64,000 nt of DNA from a virus. The notes under the pieces were generated by a model, which saw only the letters and a list, made by a program, of their open reading frames with translations, had not been told where the DNA came from and ran no database searches. Below, piece after piece: positions 31,720 to 41,275 of the stretch (position 1 is its first letter; the number at the start of each line of letters is the position of its first letter). The stretch covers positions 32,001 to 96,000 of the IMG/VR virus record IMGVR_UViG_3300008266_000014; one strand, 5' to 3'. A program made the position numbers and the translations under genes.

Positions 31720-33033
31720 ATGATGTTAGCTGAAGAACTACAATCCAAATGGGATCCAATTCTGTCTCATCCAGATTTGGCTCCTATCAAGGATGCACAT
31801 CGTCGTGGTGTTACCGCTGTTGTTCTAGAGAACACAGAGAAAGCACTTCGCGAAGCCAATCAGTATGTCCCACAAACACTTACTGAAGCCCCTACTAACG
31901 TAACCGGTGCTGACATTGACACTTTCGACCCAGTTTTGATTAGCTTGGTTCGTCGTGCAATGCCTAACCTAATCGCTTATGATATCTGCGGTGTCCAGCC
32001 AATGACTGGTCCTACAGGTCTTATTTTCGCAATGCGTTCGAAGTACAGCAATGCTACAAACAGCGCTGTTGAAACATTCTACAATGAAGTTAATACTTCG
32101 TTCTCGACTCAAGTTTCTGGTGCCAACACACTAGGTCAGAAGAATGTTGGTGGATATCCAGGTAACACAACTACCGGTACTGCTAACCTTGCTGAAACTG
32201 GTATCTACAACTTTGGCTCCGGCATGGCTACTGCTAACGCAGAAAGCAACAATGCATTTGCTGAAATGGCTTTCTCGATCGAGAAAGTTACTGTCACAGC
32301 TAAGTCGCGTGCTCTAAAAGCTGAGTACTCGATGGAACTCGCACAAGACTTGAAAGCAATTCATGGTCTTGACGCTGAGACAGAATTGTCGAACATCCTA
32401 TCGGCTGAAATCCTTGCTGAAATCAACCGTGAAGTCGTTCGTACAATCAACGTAACAGCTACCCGTGGTGCTACTGAGAACACCACAACCACTGGACGTT
32501 TTGACCTCGACACCGACTCGAACGGTCGTTGGAGCGTTGAGAAGTTCAAGGGTCTAATGTTCCAAGTTGAGCGTGAAGCTAACCAAATTGCCAAAGCTAC
32601 TCGTAGAGGCAAAGGTAACATGATCATCTGCTCGTCTGATGTTGCTTCGGCACTCCAGATGGCTGGTGTTCTTGATTACGCTCCTGCTCTAAACAGCAAC
32701 AATCTAAACGTCGATGACACAGGCAATACTTTTGCTGGTGTTCTCAATGGACGTATCCGTGTCTACATCGATCCATATGCAACTGGTAACTACCTAACTG
32801 TTGGTTACAAAGGTTCGTCGGCATTCGATGCTGGTCTCTTCTACTGCCCATATGTTCCACTACAGATGGTCCGTGCTGTTGACCCAGACACCTTCCAGCC
32901 TAAGATTGGTTTCAAGACACGTTATGGTATGGTTGCTAACCCATTTGCAGAGGGTGCAACAGTTGGACTTGGCGCATTGACCAAGGACAGCAACGTCTAC
33001 TATCGTCGTGTTCTAGTTGACAATCTAATGTAA
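31720..33033 (+). CDS. gp23: Major capsid protein gp23
   Basis: DPVLISLVRR, GVQPMTGPTGLIFAMR, ELAQDLKAIHGLDAE, FQPKIGFKTRYG. Confidence 0.98.
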   Translation: MMLAEELQSKWDPILSHPDLAPIKDAHRRGVTAVVLENTEKALREANQYVPQTLTEAPTNVTGADIDTFDPVLISLVRRAMPNLIAYDICGVQPMTGPTGLIFAMRSKYSNATNSAVETFYNEVNTSFSTQVSGANTLGQKNVGGYPGNTTTGTANLAETGIYNFGSGMATANAESNNAFAEMAFSIEKVTVTAKSRALKAEYSMELAQDLKAIHGLDAETELSNILSAEILAEINREVVRTINVTATRGATENTTTTGRFDLDTDSNGRWSVEKFKGLMFQVEREANQIAKATRRGKGNMIICSSDVASALQMAGVLDYAPALNSNNLNVDDTGNTFAGVLNGRIRVYIDPYATGNYLTVGYKGSSAFDAGLFYCPYVPLQMVRAVDPDTFQPKIGFKTRYGMVANPFAEGATVGLGALTKDSNVYYRRVLVDNLM

Positions 33034-33068
33034 TAGTAGTTAGAATAATAATTATATAATCATGCTTT

Positions 33069-33096
33069 AAGGGGGCTCACAAGGCCCCCTTTTTTT
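33069..33096 (+). terminator. Rho-independent terminator after gp23
   Basis: AAGGGGGC-tcacaag-GCCCCCTT followed by T run. Confidence 0.9.
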
Positions 33097-33128
33097 GTTT
33101 GGATAAATAGAAAGAAAAAGGATCAACC

Positions 33129-33671
33129 ATGAGTGCTGTAGATAATACACCCACAAATAGAAACTTTCTTTCTCCTTTAAACTTCAAAATGGTGCTTCAA
33201 AGAGCACCAATGATCTCGTTCTTTCTTCAGTCGTTCTCACTACCAGGATTGACATTTGAAGGTCCAATGACGATGCCTACACCTTTCGTCAAGATACCTT
33301 TACCTGGAGATCACCTCAACTTTGCTCCGCTAACAGTATCTTTTGCTGTTGATGAGGATATGAAAAACTACTTGGAGATATTCAATTGGATTTCAAGTAT
33401 CGCAGGTCCTGCTTCTTTAACGCCTGGCGAAGTAAACACACTTTACGGTCTTGACAATTCAATTGGAACCGATCCCCTTAGTACCATCAGGTCTGATATT
33501 AAAATACTAATTCTATCAAGTTCAAAGAACCCAAATATTGAGATTACTTTTAAAGATGCTTTTCCATCTGCATTGGGAGAAATGTCTTTCGCAACAACCT
33601 CATCATCTGTCAACTATCTTGAGTCTACAGTGACATTTGAATACATTAAGTACGAGATTGTCAAGTTATAG
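33129..33671 (+). CDS. gp3: Tail completion / sheath stabiliser gp3
   Basis: NRNFLSPLNF, F.VDEDMKNYLEIFNW, FKDAFP; preceded by GATAAATA (33102-33109). Confidence 0.8.
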   Translation: MSAVDNTPTNRNFLSPLNFKMVLQRAPMISFFLQSFSLPGLTFEGPMTMPTPFVKIPLPGDHLNFAPLTVSFAVDEDMKNYLEIFNWISSIAGPASLTPGEVNTLYGLDNSIGTDPLSTIRSDIKILILSSSKNPNIEITFKDAFPSALGEMSFATTSSSVNYLESTVTFEYIKYEIVKL

Positions 33672-33700
33672 TTGACCTTTTAATAAAAATACATTATACT
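33672..33700 (+). promoter_or_regulatory. Sigma70-type early promoter
   Basis: TTGACC-17 nt-TATACT ahead of uvsY. Confidence 0.75.
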
Positions 33701-33723
33701 CTCCTGCAGAATAGGAGAACTTT

Positions 33724-34158
33724 ATGAAAACAGAAGAGCTGATTCAAGAGTGGGAAAGAGACAGCATAATAGACAGTACAGAACTTGGAAAAGAGTCGCT
33801 TCGAATTCCTCAACTCCACTCAAAATATCTTAAAGAGTTTTATATGGCAAAGACTCTTCTTGCAAAACTTACTCAAGAATACAAATCGCTATATAAATTG
33901 AGATATCAATACTATCAGGGAATTCTACCTAAAGAAGATCTTGATCAACATGGGTGGGACCCACAGCCGCTCAAGATATTAAAGTCAGACATACCAATCT
34001 ACATTGAGTCGGATGATCTGCTACAGATCCAGCAACAAAAGATTAAACTAATAGAAGATAAAATAGAATTTCTTGAAAATATTATCAGAACACTCAACAA
34101 CAGGGGATACCTTTTGAAAAATTGCATTGAGTGGGAAAAATTCAAAATGGGATTATGA
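33724..34158 (+). CDS. uvsY: Recombination mediator UvsY
   Basis: WERDSIID, ESLRIPQLHSKYL, NRGYLLKNCIEWEKF. Confidence 0.9.
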   Translation: MKTEELIQEWERDSIIDSTELGKESLRIPQLHSKYLKEFYMAKTLLAKLTQEYKSLYKLRYQYYQGILPKEDLDQHGWDPQPLKILKSDIPIYIESDDLLQIQQQKIKLIEDKIEFLENIIRTLNNRGYLLKNCIEWEKFKMGL

Positions 34159-35597
34159 TAAAGATTGAAAAGTTCAATGAGACTTACATCAAGGTACATT
34201 GTGAGGATGATATTGCCCAGCAACTGGGTGATTACTTCACTTTTGAAGTACCTGGTGCTAAGTTTATCCCAGCAGTCAGAAATAAAAAATGGGATGGTAA
34301 GATAAGACTTTTCAACTCTGGTACGCACCACATATATGCTGGACTAATTGATTACGTAACCGATTTTGCTGCACAAAATGAATATGACGTTGAATTATTG
34401 TCTGACTTTTCAGACAATAAAGAAAAAATAGATCTCGAGAAATTTGTTGAAGATATCGGTGCAGCGAAGACACCAAGAGACTATCAATTTGCTGCTCTTG
34501 ATCATGCTATCAGAAAACAAAGAGCACTGCTTCTTTCTCCCACTGCATCAGGTAAGTCGTTAATCATTTACCTTCTATGTAGATTCTACAATCAAAAAAC
34601 TCTTATTATTGTTCCTACAACAAGTCTTGTTCATCAGATGTACTCTGATTTTGAAGAGTACGGGTTTGATTCAAAGAGTAACTGCCATATGATATTTTCA
34701 GGGCAGGAGAAAGAAACAGATAAACAAATTTATATTTCTACGTGGCAGTCAATTTATAACATGCCACGTAAATGGTTTCAACAGTTCAATGTTGTGATTG
34801 GTGATGAGGCTCATTTATTCAAGGCTAAATCACTTACAACAATCATGCAGAATCTAAGCAGCTGTAAGTATAGGTTTGGATTCACGGGCACCCTTGATGG
34901 TTCACAAACCCACAAACTTGTTCTTGAAGGGTTGTTTGGTACAGTAAAAAAAGTAACAACAACTGCTAGTCTGATCGAACAAAAGCATCTCTCTAACTTC
35001 AAAGTTAAAGCTGTTGTTCTTAAGTACGACGATTACTATAAGAACCTAATGAAGAATGCTTCTTACAGAGACGAGATAGCGTTTCTTGTTAACCACATAC
35101 CAAGAAATGAGTTCATATGCAATATAGCAGCCAATCTAAAAGGCAACACACTTATACTGTATCAATATGTTGATGCGCATGGAAAAGCACTTTACGACAT
35201 TTTAAAAAACGATGTTAAATATGATAAACCACTTTTTTTCGTTTCTGGTCAGGTATCTGGTGAGGATAGAAATTCTATTAGAAGAACTTTGGAGCTGGAA
35301 GCTGATTCGATTACTGTCGCTTCTTATGGCACTTTTTCTACTGGCGTCAATATTACGAACTTGCACAATATCATTTTCGCTTCACCTTCAAAATCAAGAA
35401 TCAAGGTCTTACAGTCCATCGGACGCGGACTACGAAGAGGATCAAAAAAAGACACAGCCTGCTTATACGACATAGCAGATGATTTGCAGTGGAAACATCG
35501 TCCTAATTACACACTGAAACATTTCGTAGAACGAGTAAGGATATATAGTGAAGAAAGGTTCGAATACAAAACGTACTCTATCGACCTCAAAGGATAA
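34155..35597 (+). CDS. uvsW: DNA helicase UvsW
   Basis: WDGKIRLF, SPTASGKS, GDEAH, GFTGTL, QSIGRGLR; ATGA overlap with uvsY. Confidence 0.95.
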   Translation: MIKIEKFNETYIKVHCEDDIAQQLGDYFTFEVPGAKFIPAVRNKKWDGKIRLFNSGTHHIYAGLIDYVTDFAAQNEYDVELLSDFSDNKEKIDLEKFVEDIGAAKTPRDYQFAALDHAIRKQRALLLSPTASGKSLIIYLLCRFYNQKTLIIVPTTSLVHQMYSDFEEYGFDSKSNCHMIFSGQEKETDKQIYISTWQSIYNMPRKWFQQFNVVIGDEAHLFKAKSLTTIMQNLSSCKYRFGFTGTLDGSQTHKLVLEGLFGTVKKVTTTASLIEQKHLSNFKVKAVVLKYDDYYKNLMKNASYRDEIAFLVNHIPRNEFICNIAANLKGNTLILYQYVDAHGKALYDILKNDVKYDKPLFFVSGQVSGEDRNSIRRTLELEADSITVASYGTFSTGVNITNLHNIIFASPSKSRIKVLQSIGRGLRRGSKKDTACLYDIADDLQWKHRPNYTLKHFVERVRIYSEERFEYKTYSIDLKG

Positions 35598-35599
35598 AG

Positions 35600-36004
35600 A
35601 TGGTAAAAATTGTCAAGCTCCAAAATAATGTAGAGATTATAGGCAATATTGACTTGGTTGATGGTGAAAAGGTAGTTGTAGAAAACCCATTTAGCATTAA
35701 TTATATGATTTCTCCAAGAAGTGAAAGACCAATTGTAGGACTACTAAGGTATATGCCGTTTGCAGAAAATCGAGAAATAGAATTTAAGATGAGTGATGTT
35801 TTGCATGTAGTAGATGCAAGGCAGTCAATGTCAAACTACTATTCAGCTGTACTGGCAAATCACATTGGTGAAATAGATGATACGATTGATCGCGAATTGG
35901 AGCAAGTTGCTGAGATAGAGTCCAGTACACACAATACTGAAGAACCCACAGACTTACTATCAGCAATGCTTGAAAGAATAAATTCAAACAATAACCTACA
36001 TTGA
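35600..36004 (+). CDS. Conserved T4-like hypothetical protein (Sm-like fold likely)
   Basis: KIVKLQNNVEIIG N-terminus, usual position between uvsW and gp55. Confidence 0.6.
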   Translation: MVKIVKLQNNVEIIGNIDLVDGEKVVVENPFSINYMISPRSERPIVGLLRYMPFAENREIEFKMSDVLHVVDARQSMSNYYSAVLANHIGEIDDTIDRELEQVAEIESSTHNTEEPTDLLSAMLERINSNNNLH

Positions 36005-36006
36005 CT

Positions 36007-36546
36007 ATGGCAGAACATTATATTGATAATAAGACTTTCTACGAAGCTATAAAGAAATACAAAGAAAGTGTCCTACTTGCTGAGAAAGAAGGTAAAACAA
36101 AACCTAGGGTTCCTAACTACATTGGAGAGTGTATTTTACTGATAGCGAACCGACTTGCAACCAAACCAAACTTCATCAACTACTCATACAAAGATGAAAT
36201 GGTTGCAGATGGAATTGAAAATTGTATGATGTATATTGATAACTTTGATCCAGAAAAGTCAACCAATCCTTTTGCATACTTCACACAAATTATATACTTT
36301 GCTTTTTTAAGAAGAATACAAAAAGAAAAAAAGCACTTGTATATCAAACACCAAGTCCTCAAAAACTCTCTCATTTCAGACGAACTTTTTAATATGCAGG
36401 ATGGGGACGATTTCGATGGTTCCACAGTAGAGAACATTGTAGATAACGATAAGATGAATGATTTTATCAAGTCTTTTGAGGAAGGACTCGAGAAGAAACG
36501 AAAGTCTTCACAAAAGGTTGGACTAGAAAAATACTTCGACGAATAA
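36007..36546 (+). CDS. gp55: Late sigma factor gp55
   Basis: HYIDNKTF, YIGECILLIA, PNFINYSYKDEM, NPFAYFTQI. Confidence 0.95.
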   Translation: MAEHYIDNKTFYEAIKKYKESVLLAEKEGKTKPRVPNYIGECILLIANRLATKPNFINYSYKDEMVADGIENCMMYIDNFDPEKSTNPFAYFTQIIYFAFLRRIQKEKKHLYIKHQVLKNSLISDELFNMQDGDDFDGSTVENIVDNDKMNDFIKSFEEGLEKKRKSSQKVGLEKYFDE

Positions 36547-36547
36547 T

Positions 36548-37594
36548 ATGAAAATAGCTTTAATTACAGATACGCATTTCGGAGCAAGAGGGGACAATGG
36601 AGCATTCGATAGACACTTCAAGAAGTTTTATGAAGAGACATTTTTTCCAACACTTGAACGAGAATCCATACACAGGGTGGTTCACCTTGGCGACATGTTC
36701 GATCGCCGTAAGTATATTAATTATCTTACTCTCAACAATTGTCGCGAGTATTTTTTCGATAATCTGGTTCGTATCGGGGCTACTCTGGATGTTATCGTGG
36801 GTAATCACGACGTGTTCTATAAAAACACAAACAAAATAAATTCACCAGAGTTGCTACTGAAAGAGTACGACAACATCACCGCGTGGAAAGATCCATCAGA
36901 AGTTGTTATAGGCGATATTGAACTGTTGTTTCTTCCATGGATCACTTCAGATAATTATGAACAGTCTATGAAGATGATAAAGAAGACTAGTGCAGAAGTT
37001 TGTTTTGGTCATCTCGAGATTGCTGGGTTTCAAATGTATAAAGGACATAAAAATGACCATGGATTCGACGCCTCAATATTTAATAGATTTGATGCTGTTT
37101 TTTCTGGGCACTTTCATCACCGTTCCACTAGTGGTAATATCACTTATCTTGGAAACCCTTATGAACTCACTTGGGCTGACTACCAAGACCCAAGAGGCTT
37201 CCACATCTTCGACACAAGCACACGAGAGCTGCAATTTATAAAAAACCCAGTAAATGTATTTCACAAGATATTCTTCAACGATTCATACACTATACAGAAC
37301 TATGATCATCTCAAAGATTGTTTTGTTAAGATCATAAACCAGAGTAAAGAAAGTGTACTTCTTGATATGCTTGTTGATAAGTTAGAGAAAGCAGACGTAG
37401 CAGATCTACAAGTTGTAGAAGATCACCACCATTTAGATCTACAAGATGAACAAGAAATAATTGAGGATGCAGAAGACACTCTTTCCATTCTCACAAAGTT
37501 CTGTGATCAAATAGACACCGATGTAGACAAGACAAGACTTAACTCGCTGATGAGAAATTTATACAGTGAAGCACTAGATTTAGAATCCAATTAA
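36548..37594 (+). CDS. gp47: Recombination endonuclease gp47 (SbcD/Mre11-like)
   Basis: ITDTHFG, LGDMFD, GNHD, SGHFH. Confidence 0.95.
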   Translation: MKIALITDTHFGARGDNGAFDRHFKKFYEETFFPTLERESIHRVVHLGDMFDRRKYINYLTLNNCREYFFDNLVRIGATLDVIVGNHDVFYKNTNKINSPELLLKEYDNITAWKDPSEVVIGDIELLFLPWITSDNYEQSMKMIKKTSAEVCFGHLEIAGFQMYKGHKNDHGFDASIFNRFDAVFSGHFHHRSTSGNITYLGNPYELTWADYQDPRGFHIFDTSTRELQFIKNPVNVFHKIFFNDSYTIQNYDHLKDCFVKIINQSKESVLLDMLVDKLEKADVADLQVVEDHHHLDLQDEQEIIEDAEDTLSILTKFCDQIDTDVDKTRLNSLMRNLYSEALDLESN

Positions 37595-37600
37595 CGTCTA

Positions 37601-37678
37601 TGGGTGAATGCTAGTATGTGTTATCCACCCGGAAAGCTGCCAGACTTTCACAGGACCTAGCATTCGCCCACCCTTTTT
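37601..37678 (+). other. Structured intergenic RNA element between gp47 and gp46
   Basis: TGGGTGAATGCTAG (37601-14) pairs with CTAGCATTCGCCCA (37657-70), 14 bp with one G-U; inner GAAAG/CTTTC stem; short T run follows. Confidence 0.6.
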
Positions 37679-37683
37679 GCTTT

Positions 37684-39399
37684 ATGATCTTATTTAAAAA
37701 TATCAAATGGAAAAACATTCTATCCACAGGTGATGCGTGGACAGAAATAAGTTTTACCAGATCAAAATCTACACTGATTGTTGGAGAGAATGGTGCTGGT
37801 AAGAGTACTATTCTTGACGCTCTTTGCTTTGCCCTTTTTGGCAAACCATTTAGAAAAGTCAATAAGTCTCAACTAGTCAATTCAATAAACAAAAAAGGAC
37901 TCTTAGTTGAGGTAGAATTTTCTGTAGGTAGAAAGAACTACACCATAAAAAGAGGGATCAAGCCTAACTTTTTCGAAATATATTCCGATGGTGAAATGGT
38001 AAACCAATCATCTGAAACAAAGGAGTATCAAGAGTATCTAGAAAGGAATATCCTCAAACTAAACTTCAAGTCGTTCTCACAAATAGTTATTCTTGGCAGC
38101 GCTTCGTTTGTTCCATTTATGCAGCTGACTGCTGCTAATCGTAGAGAGATTATTGAAGATCTGTTAGACATTCAGATCTTCTCGACGATGAATTCTTTAC
38201 TCAAAGAAAAGGTGTCTCAGAACAAAACAGATCTTCAGGAAATAACATACGAAATGAAACTTGTTGGTGAGAAGATTGAGATGAATAAGAAGTTAATCCA
38301 GTCTCTCAAAGAAAACAACAAAGGGGAGGAAGAGAAAAAGATTCAGAAGGGGATTGAGGTATCTGGTAATTTACAGCTTGCTTTGTCAGAACTTAAAGCC
38401 AATCAAGATTCAGTTGAGCAACTAAGAAAAACAATATCTGATCAGGAACAAGTAGACGAGAAACGGTCGAAACTAATATCTCTCAGACAGGACCTGCAGC
38501 AAAAGATCAATCATATCAATGCGGATGTAGATTTCTTCGATAAGCATGACAACTGTCCTACCTGCAAACAGTCTATTGATACAAACTTCAAACATACAAC
38601 CGTTACTGAAAAACAGACACTTCTCACTGAGTGTACATCATCAATTGAAAAGATCAATGCTAAGTTATCTATTATAGAACAGCGTAACAAAGAGATTGCA
38701 GATGTTCTTTCTATCATAGATGAAAACAACTCAGCTGCTAGGGATATTCAAACCCAGATTAAAATTTATGAAGCAACACTAACTCAGTTACGCCAAGAAG
38801 TAAAAGACTTAAGAAGTAAAAACAAGCAGATTGAAGTAGATAACACAGAGCTAGACACTCTCAAAGAAGATTTAAAACAATCAATTACAACAAAAGAACA
38901 ACTTCTTGCTGATAAATCCATACTTGATGTTGCATCGGTACTTTTAAAAGACTCAGGAGTAAAAACTAGGATTATCAAGCAGTATGTTCCCGTAATAAAT
39001 AAACTCGTAAACAAGTATCTTGCTGCAATGGACTTTTTTGTTAACTTTGAGTTAAATGAGAACTTTGAGGAGACTATAAAGTCAAGACATAGAGATGAGT
39101 TCAGCTATGAATCATTCTCTGAGGGTGAGAAGATGCGTATTGATCTTGCTCTACTCTTTACATGGAGAGCAATCAGTAAAATGAGGAACTCTGCATCTAC
39201 AAACTTACTAATTATGGATGAAGTATTCGATAGCTCTCTTGATAATAATGGTACAGAAGAGTTCCTAAAAATTATCAGTACATTAACTTCCGACACAAAC
39301 CTATTTGTTATATCTCACAAAGGGGATCAACTTTTTGATAAGTTCCACTCTGTGATCAAATTCCAAAAGCATAAAAACTTTAGCACGATGGTGAAATAA
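37684..39399 (+). CDS. gp46: Recombination ATPase gp46 (SbcC/Rad50-like)
   Basis: MILFKNIKWKNILSTG, GENGAGKS, CPTC zinc hook, FSEGEK, MDEVFDSSLD. Confidence 0.96.
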   Translation: MILFKNIKWKNILSTGDAWTEISFTRSKSTLIVGENGAGKSTILDALCFALFGKPFRKVNKSQLVNSINKKGLLVEVEFSVGRKNYTIKRGIKPNFFEIYSDGEMVNQSSETKEYQEYLERNILKLNFKSFSQIVILGSASFVPFMQLTAANRREIIEDLLDIQIFSTMNSLLKEKVSQNKTDLQEITYEMKLVGEKIEMNKKLIQSLKENNKGEEEKKIQKGIEVSGNLQLALSELKANQDSVEQLRKTISDQEQVDEKRSKLISLRQDLQQKINHINADVDFFDKHDNCPTCKQSIDTNFKHTTVTEKQTLLTECTSSIEKINAKLSIIEQRNKEIADVLSIIDENNSAARDIQTQIKIYEATLTQLRQEVKDLRSKNKQIEVDNTELDTLKEDLKQSITTKEQLLADKSILDVASVLLKDSGVKTRIIKQYVPVINKLVNKYLAAMDFFVNFELNENFEETIKSRHRDEFSYESFSEGEKMRIDLALLFTWRAISKMRNSASTNLLIMDEVFDSSLDNNGTEEFLKIISTLTSDTNLFVISHKGDQLFDKFHSVIKFQKHKNFSTMVK

Positions 39400-39917
39400 T
39401 GATATATGATCTTGTACCTCCTGACCATCCTCTATTGAGGACCAAACTTGAGAGGTTTAATTTTACTGATCCCCCCATCAATCCTCATGAGTTGGCTAAC
39501 AATCTTATTGAAACGATGGTGCACTATCAAGGGATCGGTCTCTCAGCTAATCAGTGTGGTCTTCCTTATCGAGTTTTTGTTTTGTGGTCTAACCCAACAA
39601 AAGTCATGTTCAATCCTACCGTGGCAGATGTATCAACCGAAGATATTTTGCTTGAAGAAGGATGCTTGACTTATCCCAATCTTTTTATTAAAATCAAGAG
39701 ACCTAAATTAGTCAGAGTCCGTTACATGGATTCTTTTGGTGAAGCACATACAGACAAATTTACTGGGATGTCCGCTCGTTGCGTTCTTCATGAGGTGGAT
39801 CATCTGAACGGTGTTAACTTCACTCTCAAAGCCAATAAGTTTCATTATGATCAAGCGATGAGGCAGAGGAGCAAGAGAATGAAATCATATAAGGTGCCTA
39901 CATATGAGCAAAATTAA
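39399..39917 (+). CDS. def: Peptide deformylase
   Basis: GIGLSANQCG, EGCLT, HEVDHLNG motifs. Confidence 0.92.
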   Translation: MIYDLVPPDHPLLRTKLERFNFTDPPINPHELANNLIETMVHYQGIGLSANQCGLPYRVFVLWSNPTKVMFNPTVADVSTEDILLEEGCLTYPNLFIKIKRPKLVRVRYMDSFGEAHTDKFTGMSARCVLHEVDHLNGVNFTLKANKFHYDQAMRQRSKRMKSYKVPTYEQN

Positions 39918-40755
39918 AGTAGCAGAATTATTTTATAGTCTTCAGGGTGAAGGAAAATACGTTGGGGTACCTAGTGTGTTTCTTCGCACTTTCGGTTGTA
40001 ACTTCACGTGTAGTGGATTTGGAATGCCATCAGGTCAACTTTCTACGGAACGCGAAGCAATTGTAAAGAACATTGACCAGTATAAATCGTATAATGATCT
40101 GCCTCTTGTTCATACAGGCTGTGATTCATATGCAAGTTGGGATCCAAGATTCAAGCACCTGTCTCCGCTGTTTACTACAGACGAGATTGTTGATAAGATT
40201 ATGACACTTCTTCCAGAACAGAAGTGGAACAATGAACATTTAATTATTACTGGTGGTGAGCCTTTGCTTGGGTGGCAACGGTCTTATGAGGATTTGTTGA
40301 ATCATGAAAAGATGGAAGGTCTTTCATCACTTACTTTTGAAACAAACGGAACACAGAAGCTAACAGAAGATTTTAAAAAGTATCTATACAAATATTCTAG
40401 GTTACACAAAGGAAGCACAGAGATTGTTTTCTCTGTCAGTGCTAAGTTAAGTCCGTCAGGTGAGAAGTGGGAGGAGGCAATTCTTCCGGATGTTGTAAAA
40501 GAATATGATTGGTATGGTGAAGTGTATTTGAAGTTCGTTGTCGATAAAGAGACAGATATATACGAAATCGATAGAGCAGTTGCTGCTTATCGTGATGTCG
40601 GTATTCGTGGTGATGTTTATTTAATGCCAGTTGGTGGTACTGACCAACTTTACTTTAACAACTACCGAGCAGTTGCAGAGATGGCAATGAAGCGTGGCTG
40701 GAGATACAGTCCAAGACTACAGGTAGATATATGGAGAAACGCATGGGGAACATGA
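39904..40755 (+). CDS. queE: 7-carboxy-7-deazaguanine synthase (radical SAM)
   Basis: ELFYSLQGEG, FLRTFGCNFTC...GCDS, ITGGEP, FETNGT, SPRLQ. Confidence 0.9.
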   Translation: MSKIKVAELFYSLQGEGKYVGVPSVFLRTFGCNFTCSGFGMPSGQLSTEREAIVKNIDQYKSYNDLPLVHTGCDSYASWDPRFKHLSPLFTTDEIVDKIMTLLPEQKWNNEHLIITGGEPLLGWQRSYEDLLNHEKMEGLSSLTFETNGTQKLTEDFKKYLYKYSRLHKGSTEIVFSVSAKLSPSGEKWEEAILPDVVKEYDWYGEVYLKFVVDKETDIYEIDRAVAAYRDVGIRGDVYLMPVGGTDQLYFNNYRAVAEMAMKRGWRYSPRLQVDIWRNAWGT

Positions 40756-40758
40756 TTT

Positions 40759-41199
40759 ATGGACATTACAACGGATGATTTCTTCAAAGCAGTGGCTTGT
40801 CTTCATCAGCAAATCAGAAACTCTGAGGATACGTTTGACAGCGTTGTTGGGATCTCTCGTGGGGGCCTTATTAGTGGCGTTATTCTCTCTCACCGTCTTG
40901 AGATTCCTTTTCGACCTATTGAATGGTCATTAAGAGATTCTCATAGAAAATATATTCCACCCGATATCATTGTTGATGCGTGGGAAGGTAAGAAGATACT
41001 TCTTGTTGATGATATTGTTGATAGTGGGGAAACAATAGTAACAATTAAGAATCGTTTTGGAGATTCTTCTAAAAATGTTAAAGTGGCCTGCCTTGTCTAC
41101 AACAAAGAACAACAGTTAGTTATACCAGATTTTTGGTATGAATCTATTGACAGGAATGAGGATAAGGATTGGGTCAATTTCTGGTGGGAATCTAAATAA
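40759..41199 (+). CDS. Type I phosphoribosyltransferase (purine/XGPRT-like)
   Basis: GISRGG, ILLVDDIVDSGET PRPP-binding motif, WVNFWWE C-terminus. Confidence 0.85.
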   Translation: MDITTDDFFKAVACLHQQIRNSEDTFDSVVGISRGGLISGVILSHRLEIPFRPIEWSLRDSHRKYIPPDIIVDAWEGKKILLVDDIVDSGETIVTIKNRFGDSSKNVKVACLVYNKEQQLVIPDFWYESIDRNEDKDWVNFWWESK

Positions 41200-41205
41200 A
41201 TTCTC

Positions 41206-41275
41206 ATAGCGGCCTTTCTGGACTTCATCCCGCTTTATAAATTCTGCAGGCCTATATCTCATATAGGAGAATTTA
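41206..41275 (+). promoter_or_regulatory. Candidate riboswitch-like leader of queD (preQ1-I-like)
   Basis: AGCGG/CCGCT stem with loop ending CATC, A/T-rich tail, GGCCT/AGGCC pairing, and CCTATAT/ATATAGG hairpin over the AGGAGA SD. Confidence 0.5.

Noticed and set aside
37618-37683. Extended gp46 N-terminus from the ORF track
   Set aside because: The extension runs through the RNA stem; the conserved gp46 start MILFKNIKWKN begins at 37684.
22568-39399. Inteins or introns in terminase, portal, UvsW or gp46
   Set aside because: Protein lengths and motif spacing are normal, with no insertions seen.
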